Source: Adineta vaga
Lineage: Eukaryota > Animalia > Rotifera
DNA: 64,000 nt
Reading direction: 5' to 3'
Assembly (NCBI GenBank): GCA_021613535.1
Contig: CP075496.1
Span: forward strand, 806,001 to 870,000
Part shown: positions 49,135-61,100 of the stretch, piece after piece
How the letters are laid out: every line of letters starts with the position of its first letter
Position numbering within the stretch: position 1 is the first letter of the stretch
Made by a program: the position numbers and the translations under genes
The notes under the pieces: model-generated
What the model saw: the letters and a program-made list of their open reading frames with translations, nothing else
Told to the model about the DNA's origin: nothing
The model's database searches: none

Positions 49135-51022
49135 TTCGGCATTTGATCGAATTTTTGAACATAATTTTTGAATAATGATTGCATTTACATTTACAGATAA
49201 CGAATAATCTAGAGAGTTACATTGCAATATTTCGCTTTCTATTGATTTTAAAAACGTCAATGTCTTACTCATGAATGGTTGCATAGTAGATGTGATAAAA
49301 TCATAGATGCACACGACGCGCTTTCATTGATTTGTGACATTCACGTTTATCATACACAATATTCTAATGTAATATTGAGAATATTGTAAAAAAAAGAAAG
49401 ACAGGAAGGAAGATGCATTACAGACATAACCAATGGGAAAAAACTCACAGTTAATTTAGATATGCGTTGTAAAAAGGACATAGTTGAGTGATTTTATATT
49501 CTTGATAAATACGATCATGTTATTTTGTTGGAAGGAAAGTATGAAAATGTATATACAGATAAATGACGATATTTTTTGAACGAAATGATAAAATAAAATG
49601 TAATTTAATTATATAAGTTTTAAGAATTTGATATAAGATCAAAAAAATCATTGACTATTTTTTGATGAAGTTAAATAGAATTTCGCCTAGTTTCATTTCA
49701 CATCCTTTGGAAAGTTTCAAGGAAAAGTCCATAGGTTTCATTACAAAAGACAGATATATTTAAGGATATACTTTACAATTATTCAACAATGTGTCTTTTT
49801 AGACGATGTAATAGTGAATGAAATAATTTGCTCATTGATTCTGTATTACAGTTCTTTGTAATTTAACGATTTGATAAAATGATCGAGGGTTCGATACTAG
49901 TTGAAGTATTAAAATAATGTGATCGCTTTGTAAATGGTGTTCATTTGTCAGTTATATGAAAAAAATAATCTAAACGGACATTTTTTTGTTATTAAAAATT
50001 TCAATTAGTATGATTAGACTCTTTTTGTAGAAGAAAACTTTGGAAAGTAACGAGAATGATAAAGAAGACATGTAAAAAATCGAATTGTTTTTATTTCAAT
50101 GATAAAAAATCTGATTTGATATTCAAGAGAAAAAGAAAAGCAAAAATGTGTTAAATGTCGATTTTGGAATGATGTCAAAATCAATCATAATCAAAAGAAG
50201 AGGAGAAACGGATATAATTATTTACAGAGAGAAAGAGACAACGTAGCAAATAGAGATTTCCGTTGAGAATCTAAATGCTTTAAATAACACGAATCGATAA
50301 GTTTGATACAAAAAGAAAGAAAATATTTTCATCGAGATTTATTTGATTTTAATTAATTTGATGAAGATTTCGAAAGAAAAGAAGAAAACAATCTCGCTTT
50401 CTTCTTTTTCTTCTGATTTCGAGAATAAAAAGGAAAAAAGAGTTCTGCCGCACTTTTCTCGTCATTTATTCCCAACAGTCACCTCTTATTTCATTCATGC
50501 GAAGTGTAATATTCACTATAGGAGATTGTTGTTCACTAGTCTCAGAACTAGTAACGCTTGTCACTCTTCATTTAGTTGCTTTTGTTGTTATGTTCGTGTG
50601 TTCAATGACTACTAAAAACAAGCGGAAAAGGGCGGCAAAAAAAGAGTAAGAGAGAGCTTCTTAATCGACAGTGACATGATTGAATTGAAAGAGAGAAAAA
50701 AAAGAAGAACAAGACGACGGGAAATTCATTCAATGAAGGGACTACTATCGACAAATGAACACAATAGAGATTTCTTCAATATCCAGTTCACTTTTCTAAG
50801 TATATTCTTCTATTAAATCTTCGATCTTTTTTAGATTAGAGAATGAGAATCCAATTGAACATATCTTTTCTCTTCGTTTAATAGTTTCAAACGAAAAGTA
50901 AATTATCAATAAAAAATTCTTTATTTAATTAAACGTATCTATTCATAAACTAATTTCAAGTTATTCTTGAAATCTTCTAATAAAATAGACGAATTGATAA
51001 AGAAAGAATTGCGTGTGTATTT

Positions 51023-51047
<25 letters not shown>
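51023..51047. repeat. (TC)n microsatellite
   Basis: Run of tctctc... read directly. Similar (GA)n runs at ~51286 and ~52516. Confidence 0.85.
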
Positions 51048-51053
<6 letters not shown>

Positions 51054-51794
51054 TTCATCAAAAAGAAAGTTACAAAGTATTTGATATTGTTTTTTTAAAA
51101 GAAAAAGAAACAATCATAGATTTGATTCTCGTCTGTTTTCTAGTCGACTAGTTATGGTCTTTATCAATCGGTCTGTTTTCCGTATGTTTGCATGATTGAT
51201 TGATAGAGATACGGGACAAAATAGCTTTGTGCTCATTGGTGTATTTCATCGACTTGGTTTTTTTATCAGAAAAAATCCAACGAAAGAGAGAGAGAGAGAG
51301 AGAAATCCGCCTCGTTTCTCTTTCTCACCTAAAGCAGTGAATATTGTTTGACAATTTCCTGTAGAAGAGGAGATTTGAATATGAGCTTGGTTAAGTGTTA
51401 ATTACATCTATAGAGATCTCTCTATAAAGATTAACTTTTCTATCACCTGTTCTTACTTCTTGTCGTTTATTGATGATTTTCTTTTCTTTCTTTTTTTAGA
51501 GATCGTGCAACTTTAAGATTTTATTATTTATATCAACTCAAAGACGTGCACATACAGAAGTCACTCGACGAAATCAATTAGTTAGAAATTCCTTTCTCTC
51601 ATATAGAACTCGTCAACGACAACCGCTTTCCTCAGGCTGCATGAACACATTATTAAAAAAAAAACGTTACTTTCTCGTTCATCATTTACTTGTTTTCCCA
51701 TAATGTATATTAAACGAGACTAAAGAACACGCACGTGTGTATATGAAAGATGTATTAAATCACAGTGATTGATCATTATCAACGACAACTCACT

Positions 51795-54700
51795 ATGGAA
51801 TTGGCATCACAAGTATTAAGCGTTGTACGTGATACAACCGAAAATTTCACGAATAAAATAACTGGGTAAGATATTGTTAATCATGATTGAAATATCTCGG
51901 TTACATTTTGTGTTATATTCAAATAGAATTTGAGTAGACGATGAGATTTTCAACATTTAATTATTCTTCAAAGTATTTTCTGATTCATTAACTTCTCGTC
52001 TTTCTTTTTGCTCAACGTTTAAGTTTTTATTTGTTGTTGTAAAACAAAACTCTTTCGATCAATATTTGAGATTCATTTATTTATGATGATGAACACTTCT
52101 ATTTGATGTTTTAGATCGTTAGAAAAATTCATCAATAAGTTTTTATCGTTCTCGTCAAAATAGCCTTTTTAACTAGAAAAGAAAAAAAAAAAAGAATGTT
52201 TCAAAATAATATGAGTTCTCTTTTTTTTTCTACTTGTCTCGGATTACATTCCCGTTTTACTTGTTTCCGTCTTTTTCTATATGTTCAAAGAAGAAAAATA
52301 GTCATTCTACTCAAATTCCATGAATAAGGCCAACAGCAATAGTTAATTAGAATAGAGTTTCTTTTTTTGTTTTTATGAGAAGAAAAGATTTTCTTCGTTT
52401 TTTTTTCGAATTGATAGAACAATGAAAAGATTTTATCTCAAAGATTTTCTTTTTCTTTCGGATTTAATGGACAAATCATGTATGTGTTGTGATTGATAGT
52501 CAATATTAACTAATAGAGAGAGAGAGAGAGAAGGAAATGAAATACAAAGAAGGTGTTTTGAACTAGAAAATGAAAGAAAATTCAATAGATTTTCATATTT
52601 CCGTTTAGAAATGAATGATTTGATCTAAAAGAAATGCCTAAATTACAAAAACGAAGAAATATTTATTTCATAAGGGAAATCAACAAACATGAGATATTCA
52701 CATATACATAAATCTAACATGAAATTCTATATCTAGTTAAGAGAATAACAATCTTATCTCTTTGAGAAAATCGAAATCATTATTATTTCAAGCAGAATAT
52801 TCATTTTCTATTCTCTTCATAAAATTTGTCGATATAATTAAAACAAAGCAATCTATTAAAAACATTCCTCGAACATTAAGTATTATTGATTATGACAAGA
52901 AGTCATCATGTATCTTCAATATTGCAAAGAAAACTTGATCATACGTATTTCATTCTTTTCTTTCTTTCTTTTTTTTAACATTTTCTCAATCAAATAAGTA
53001 TCTTCAGATGATAAAATGAAATCGACATTTTTTCTCGTTTTTCTTTTTTTATTCTGTAAATCAATCGACGGTCATTGAGTATTTATCAAATAAAAGAATA
53101 CATAATAAAAGCAAAACAATCGTTCCATTTTGACAGTTCGAGACAATAAAAAATGAATAGATTCATTTATGTTTTGAAAAACTTCTCTCAAGAGATTTTC
53201 ATTGAGAAAATCATAATAGAAGAGACAACATGTGAATAATTATTTCATTTAGACTTTTTCAACGTACAACTCATAATCCTCAATCAGATTATACTGAATT
53301 AGATGAAGATGATGAAAGAAATCCTCAACGACGTATTAAAACCATTCCAGCAGCATCAGCTAATTATGGTTCCTATGGTTATTCTCGTATTCCATTTGTT
53401 AATAGAATTCGAACAATGCCTGTTCGATATCAAACAGCATTTCTTAGTTCCTTAGGTTTTCTTATTTCCTTTGGTATTCGTTGTAATATGGGAGTTAGTG
53501 TAGTCGCTATGACACATAATAAAACTGAAAAATATCCAAATGGAACGATAAAATCCGTCAAAGTAACTTGTTTGCACTTGATTGAAGAAAAACAAATCGA
53601 AATGTTTTCTTTTTCTATCTTTAGATTGCTCAATTTGATTGGACACCGGGAATAATTGGAATTGTTGATAGTTCATTTTTTTGGGGTTATCTTATTACTC
53701 AAGTGCCTGGAGGATATTTAGCAGCTAAATTTCCAGCAAATCAGTAAGACAAAATTGATTAAAGATGAAAAGAAAAGTTCTTTTTTTTAAATTTCTTTCA
53801 GTGTTTTTGGATTTGCACTTGGAATTTCTTCATTTCTCAATTTATTTATTCCATTTGCTGCTAAAATTCATTATGGATTCGTAATGGTTCTTCGAATTTT
53901 ACAGGGACTTGTCGAAGTAAATTCATTTCGATAATCATTTGTTTGTTATGTGAATATTTAAGGGTGTAACATATCCAGCTGCACATGGAATTTGGCGTTG
54001 GTGGGCACCACCTTTAGAAAGAAGTACATTAGCAACAATATCGTTTACAGGTTCATATGCAGGTGCCGTTCTTGGAATTCCTTTATCTGGTATTTTAACT
54101 GAATATTTCAATTGGCAAATTGCATTTTACTTTTATGGTAAATCTTCTTCTTGTTTTTTTTGGATGAACGAATTGATTTATTTGAATCATATTTGTAGGT
54201 ATTATTGGTATTATTTGGTCAATTGTTTGGTGGTATTTATCTTATGAACGTCCTGCAATACATCCGAAAATAAGTGAAAGTGAACGAATCTATATTGAAG
54301 AAAGTATTGGTGAAGCAAGTTCAATTTCAAATAAAGTAAAATAAAAAGATTCGTTTGTTTTTTTTTTCATAAGAAAAATTCCATTTTTAGACTTGGATAA
54401 AACCTCCATGGCGTTCATTTTTTACCTCATGGCCTGTATGGGCGATTATTGTTGCTAATTTTTGTCGTTCATGGTCGTTTTATCTATTAATTAATTCTCA
54501 AGCTGAATATTTTCAAGAAGCTTTAGATTATAATGTTGGAAAGGTTTGATTTCCTATTTTTATAATACAAAATTTTCATTTCTTTCTTTAGGATCCATTT
54601 TCAGCAGCATTACCTCATTTAACAATGTCATGTATTGTTCCATTTGCTGGTAAATTAGCAGATTATTTACGTGCGAATTATTTATCAACAACAACTGTTC

Positions 54701-55460
54701 GAAAAATAATGAATTGTGGAGGTTTTGGTATGGAAGCTGTATTTCTTCTTTTTGTCGCTTATGCAAAAAGTCCTCCATTAGCCATCGCTGCATTAACAAT
54801 CGCTGTTGGTTTTAGTGGATTTGCTATTTCAGGTTTGAAATGAATTGAAAAATTGTTTTTTTTAAATTAGTTTTTTAATTCTTTAGGATTTAATGTTAAT
54901 CATCTCGACATTGCTCCTCGTTATGCAAGTATTCTTATGGGAATTTCAAATGGAGTTGGAACATTAGCTGGAATGTTATGTCCTGTTGCTGTGGAATTTC
55001 TAACTCGGAAAGGCGTAAGAAATTTAATTATATTTTATGATAATCTTTTTTTGTTTCGTATAGACACGAGAAGAATGGGCACATGTATTTTTGATAGCAT
55101 CAATAATACATTTTGGTGGAGTAATTTTCTATGGAATGTTTGCATCAGGTGAAAAACAACCATGGGCTGAACCGGCAACTACAGATGAGAATAATTCATC
55201 ATGGACAACAAATAAAAGTAAAGATTCGTTGAATATTTTTTTCGCAATTTTCTTGTTTTTTGAAATAAATAGAACCGGGTGATGGTAATGATCAATCTGC
55301 ATCGTATGGATCAACGGGAACTGGTGGAGGTTATCAAGGAAGTGATCCATTTGCTGGAATGGCTAATGGAAATTATACCAATATACCTGGTCGAAATCTT
55401 GATCAATCAACACCAATTCCACTTACAATTGAAAATCCTACGTATCGTAATTATCGTTAA
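51795..55460 (+). CDS. VGLUT: Vesicular glutamate transporter (SLC17A6/7/8 / eat-4 orthologue)
   Basis: Multi-exon MFS gene. Motifs [129 protein letters not shown]-terminal SYGST. The putative first coding exon 51795-51865 splices in phase to 53253. Confidence 0.93.
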
Positions 55461-55757
55461 ATTTAATGATTAACAAAACTCTTTTTGACAATCATATAAA
55501 TAACCAAAAACCGGTCATTTAGTTTTTCTTCATTCTTTGCAAATCAATATGCATACATTCGATGTTTTGACTTTTCTTTGTTGTATTCAGATTTTGCCTG
55601 TTGATTAGTCAAATCTTTTTCATATGTTGTCTGTATTTGATGGTTTCGTTTTGATTGTTTTTTTTTCTCCCAGACTTTTATTCCAACAAAAATAATGCTT
55701 GACAATTTTTAACCTTGAAAACAAAAATTCCCGTGTTTTTTCCCATTCAAAAAATGT

Positions 55758-55897
55758 TCGCGCTGGGAGGAATCGAACCTCCTTGCCACCCTTATGAAGG
55801 AGAACAATGAATCATTGGACCGATAGATTATTTCATAATCTCAGTCATGTGATCGATTCATCGACTTAAGTGTGCATTACCATTATGCTACAGCGCG
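55758..55897 (-). tRNA. Atypical tRNA/tRNA-like Pol III gene; CAU anticodon if a 69-nt insertion (55801-55869) is removed from the anticodon stem
   Basis: Perfect acceptor (CGCGCTG/CAGCGCG), D (GCAT/ATGC) and T (GGAGG/CCTCC, loop TTCGATT) stems. A and B boxes present; TTTTTT terminator 3 nt downstream. Joining ...ATGCACAC to CCTTCATAAGGGTG gives stem CACCC/GGGTG with loop TTCATAA. Confidence 0.7.
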
Positions 55898-58167
55898 ATT
55901 ATCAAACAAAATGTATTTGATATTTCTTATGAAAACTGAAACATATGTTGTAATTACATAGCAAAGATCAACTTTCGAAATTACTTGTTCTCTTTTTTCT
56001 TCCGTAGGCGAATGATGTCGATGAAAATTTATAATCTTAATCTCACTAATGAGAATAGTAAATATAAAAATATCTTTTCAAGATGGTATAGTTAATTACT
56101 TCAAGTTCGATTTAGACAGCTTATGAAATAAACACAATGGTCGTTTTCTTCAGAATTATTTTATTGAATATTAAGATTATCGATTAATAAATCTGTTTAA
56201 TATTAACGAAAACGTGACGTGAACAGAAGTAATGAAGATTTATTATTAATTAATCAAATCTCGAAAGAAGAAATTAAATTTTGTTCTATTTCAATCAAAG
56301 AAAAGAATATACATAACGTTTCTAACAGTTGGATGACAAATGTATAAGATATTTACCTTTCTTTCGATGAATAATACAAGTTAAACTTTATGCATTATTA
56401 AAAAAGATTTGCCTTTGTATATGTGTGTGCTTGATGTTAGTTCGAATGTATATAACAACACAACATTACGATTACGAAATGAGACGATGACAAGCAAACA
56501 TTCCTGTTTGGATTGATTGGAAGAATTTCATGTTGTAAGTGGAAATTTGAGAAGAAGAAAAAGGTTTTTCAGTTCGTTATTTCGATGATTTAAATGTTAT
56601 TTATTCTTTTCTTTAAATTATCAAGGTCAATCGAAGGTTTTTTCTTTCTTAAAGAGATGTTTTTATATTTATGTAAAAGAAGAAAAGAACTGATATTTGA
56701 TTTGTTAAGAAAGATTATATTTAATTGAAAGAAAGGATAAAATTGTAAAGGATTCTTTTTCTTAAATGAAGGTCAAAAACTCTTATTTTTCATCAATCGA
56801 TAACAAACAGAACCTAATATCTTTGTTCTTAAAAGAGAATTCTTTTCTTCTTTTGTAATCAATGTATAAATTATTCAAATCGTTCTTCTTCTTCTTCTTC
56901 TTCTGTATATTCTCATTCACACATCTTCTGACATTTCCTATCGTCATCATTAATAGATAAAACGAGTAGGTGTTATCATTTGCTTCGTATTTCTTTTCTC
57001 TACATCTTGTCATTATCATCATTGAGGAAATAGACGAATCACATACACATTAACGTAAACATATACAAAGAAAAAAAACTTCTCCATTTGTCCTTCAATG
57101 TCTTTTATATTGCTACAAGATATATATAACTTGACATCGACAGGGAAGAAAGATCATTCAAATCAAGATGAAACAAAAAAAGAAGTTAACTTTTCAAGTT
57201 AAACATTTGTTAAATAAAAACAAAAGAAAAGTTTTATTCAGTCAATATTGTCTATGATCTGATCGATTGATAACATGAATTCTTTCGTTAATATTTGTCT
57301 ATTGTATATCAATAGAATAGAATATTTCGATTAGTAAAGAAGAAAAACAAGCATTTGATTTGAATGATCATAGAGAGAGAGAGACAGAAGACTTGTTTTT
57401 TATGTGTTAGAATGAATCTTTTCCTAATAAGAAGACAAAAGTGTTGATCCCTTGGGCACTATAGTCTGTTCTATTCTTTCCAATGATAAAGTGTTGTGTA
57501 GTTGATGATAGTAGAAGTTCGTTGTCATTGATTGTAAGGGTGAACAACAACTCTCCGTCTTTCTTGACTGGATGCTCTTTAGACCGGAGGCAAATACAGA
57601 CATACATTCTCTAATTCATGCACTTCTTTGTTTTCCGCACCTTTTTTCCTTCTTTACTGTCATTTTCCTGAAGCCATATGAAAACTCTTCTGCTTCTTCT
57701 TCTTCCTTCTCTGCTTCTCTTCGGCAAAACAGATACGCATTTGACAACAATCATTCGACAGGGAAAAGAACGGCGTTGCATTGATCTAATTGACTCTATC
57801 ATATTTTCACGATCTACTTGGCGGCGAAGCGAGGCGACGTTGAGGAGATGCACACACATACAGGAAAAACCACCGATGGCATATACATACACATACACAC
57901 ACACATATATATATATATATGTTTTTTATACATTGACGTCGTTTAGTGTAAGAGAAAAAGAGGTAAGTTGTGCACATAGCTTATACAGACAGAAAAATGA
58001 AAAATCAATCATGCTTGCAGGATGTATGTGCTGTGATATGCACTCATCTTTCCTATATATGTATATGCTCGTGTATATGCATCATTATATTGAAACATAC
58101 TTCTTTTCCTCCTATACAAAATACTACAGCCATCCATGTGTACATGTCCGCCTGTTCGTTTTATATA

Positions 58168-58198
<31 letters not shown>
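58168..58198. repeat. (GTC)n microsatellite
   Basis: About ten tandem gtc units. Confidence 0.9.
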
Positions 58199-61100
58199 AA
58201 CATATTGCCAAATGATACATTTATAGAGAAAATGTTTCTAGTTTGCCAGCTTGCTTATATTATTAGATAGACGCGTAAAAACGATGAATGGATTTACCAT
58301 CAGTTAGACGAACGAATATATAACCTTGTTTCTTGTCATCTTTGCATGTAGCTTATCATAGATCGTCATCTCATACAGTTACTATCATTAGTCGATTCAA
58401 TAGACGATGGGTAAGTGGTTTCTATCATCATATCTATCTGTACTCTCATTACGTTGTTAATATTAGGAGAATAAAAAAAGAATTAGAAATTTGTTTTCTC
58501 TTGAAAATACGTCAAAAATGTAATTCATTGTTTTTCGTTCACCTGTCGAGTGAGAGAACAAGGAATTTTTAACTTGAAGAAAGATTATTTCCTCAACGAT
58601 TCATTTGTTTTCAATGATACTCGATTTTTCCTTTTTTTTTTATTCTGAAGGAAGATTTCCTCTTCATTCTTGATAATGACAATAAGAAGTAGACATCAAA
58701 ATCATTCTTTCTTCTCTTGAGAGAAAACAGAAAAGAAAAATCAAGATGAGATAGAATCAAAGAGATTTTTTTTAGCTCTAATGTTTGTGATTCGAACCAC
58801 TTGAGAACTGTTTGATAGTCGAGCAATAGTTTCTCTTCCTTTTCTTTTCTAATGAACGAGAAAAACATATTCTTCTATACTTAGTTGAAGACTGTCGTTT
58901 CTCGATATATGTGTTCTTTCCAAATTGCTTTACACACACTGAGTATACTTGTCTTTATCACAAGTATTCATTGTCGTTGAAGTTCGATTTCTCCTTCCGA
59001 GTATTTTTTGGTAAACTAGAATAACATTTGAAGAAATTTCGATTATTTCTCACTTATAGATGATTCAATACGTATATATTTCGATTTCTTCTTCTTGATT
59101 ATTAATCTAGTAAGGTAACTACATTAATGTAACCTTTTCATAGAAGGAAAAGGTTATATTACATATTCTTTTCCATCTATCTGAATTTGACAATAAATCT
59201 TTGATTAATAGAGTATATCTTTCTAATTTATAATCATATAATCTCATTTCTTTTTTAATACAGATCGACTAAATATGATTTCAATTGAGAAACTAATAAC
59301 GAAAATTTTTCTCGTAGCAAAAGATGTCGTGTTATATCGCCATCTATCATTGAACTATTTCGATAAAAATTTCGAAAAATCGACTTCTTTTCAATTCATA
59401 TTTATCATTGTTTAAAATAAAAAAATCTTTGAGAAAGTATTCAAGTAAGTTTTTATCCAAAAAGAAAGTCAATCATTGGAGGTCTGTCAAAATATCTTTG
59501 GTAAGAAGAATGGTAGAATAATGTCGTCTCTTTTCATTTCTTCTCTTCTTATTTGGATGTCATCACATCGATGTTCAAAGTTCTAACTAATCGATAAATC
59601 GATACGTTTAATTTGGTCATTTAAATGTCTCGCACGATGGATTATCTTTTTCATTTAGAAACATTAATGTCATCACGATCAAGATCGAATCATTCCGAAT
59701 ATAAACACACGACTAACAACGATTGATCAAAAAGAATCATGATCAACCATTATCGAACATTCCCAAAAGAATCTTCTCTTTGAACAGATAAATCTCAACT
59801 TTGTTTTACATGTACACATTAGTTTGATCAAAGAGAGGAAGAAAAGTCCAATTTGATTTGTTTGGGAAATGAACGGTAAGGAGAAAAATGTCGTTATGAC
59901 GTCAATAAACATTGTCTATAATCATTTATTCTTTATTCGTCATCAGGTAAGGAAAAACTAATAACTTCCGCTTGAATATTTTCTTTTCTTTCGGGTTTTT
60001 TTTCTCTTCTTCTTCTTCTTCTTTGTCTTTTTTAGTACTGAAATTTTCATCGATAAAGAAAAGATAAGAAATAGAAAGAGAATCCAATCTTTCAAAAAGA
60101 TTTCTTTTCTTCTTCGTTCTTCTATTTTGATCTGATCGAGTAAGTCGAATTAGAAAACAATTCTATATTCGCTGTTTTTCTTTTTGTCATCTTATTAATG
60201 TTTGTGTTCGATACTCGAGAATATAATTTGTTCAATCAGGATGCGTTTTTATTTGGAAAGAGCTAATCACATAACAGAATGGAGTCTTATTTGATAAGTT
60301 AACGCTTCTCTGTCTCTCGATGATAATTGGCCTCAAGCCAAATTTATCTAGGACAAGAAAGAGAGAAAAAGACGCAAATTCTCGATTTTTTTCCTCTCTT
60401 CTTCGTCTTCAGCATCTCTCGTTCTCTATATATTGATGAGTTGCTTGATTGGCAGTTACTTATTTTACACTTGTCTATTTTTGACATTTAATGTTAGAAG
60501 AAAATTTCTTTCTAATGTTACATTCAATGAAGAATATATCTATAATCATAACTATTTGTTATGAGAGGGTGGGAATGCCATTATTTGTTGTCACAGGTGT
60601 TAGTCTCTATCACATACCAAATGACCCAGATATATCACGAATAGATTCATTTCAACACTAATGAAAAAGTAAGAAAAACAACGATTCAATGTGTTAGAAC
60701 AGATAGAATTCTACTGTTGGTCATTGTAACCTGACATTTATCGATTGTTAAGAAAATATTATTTTTCTGATTATTGTTAATCAATTGTTTGTTTAATTAG
60801 CGATATAAAGATAAAATCAAAATAACGAGAAGGAAAAGTAAACTGACTTGTTTCGTTTTTTTCCTATAGAATAAAGGCGTTCTTTTTTTCTTCTTCTTTA
60901 TGACGAAAGAAAGAATTGTTTACCTTAAAAAAAAGATGATGATGAATTCAATACGAATCATAATTGTAATTGCGGAAATCGAGCTCTTCTTTCTTATCGC
61001 TATCTGACTATCGTTTTGCTCGTCAAGAGACAGGATAGCAGGCATTTTCTTGTATATGTCTGAGCACGCATCTCTTCGTCATCTCGTTAGCGATATTCCC

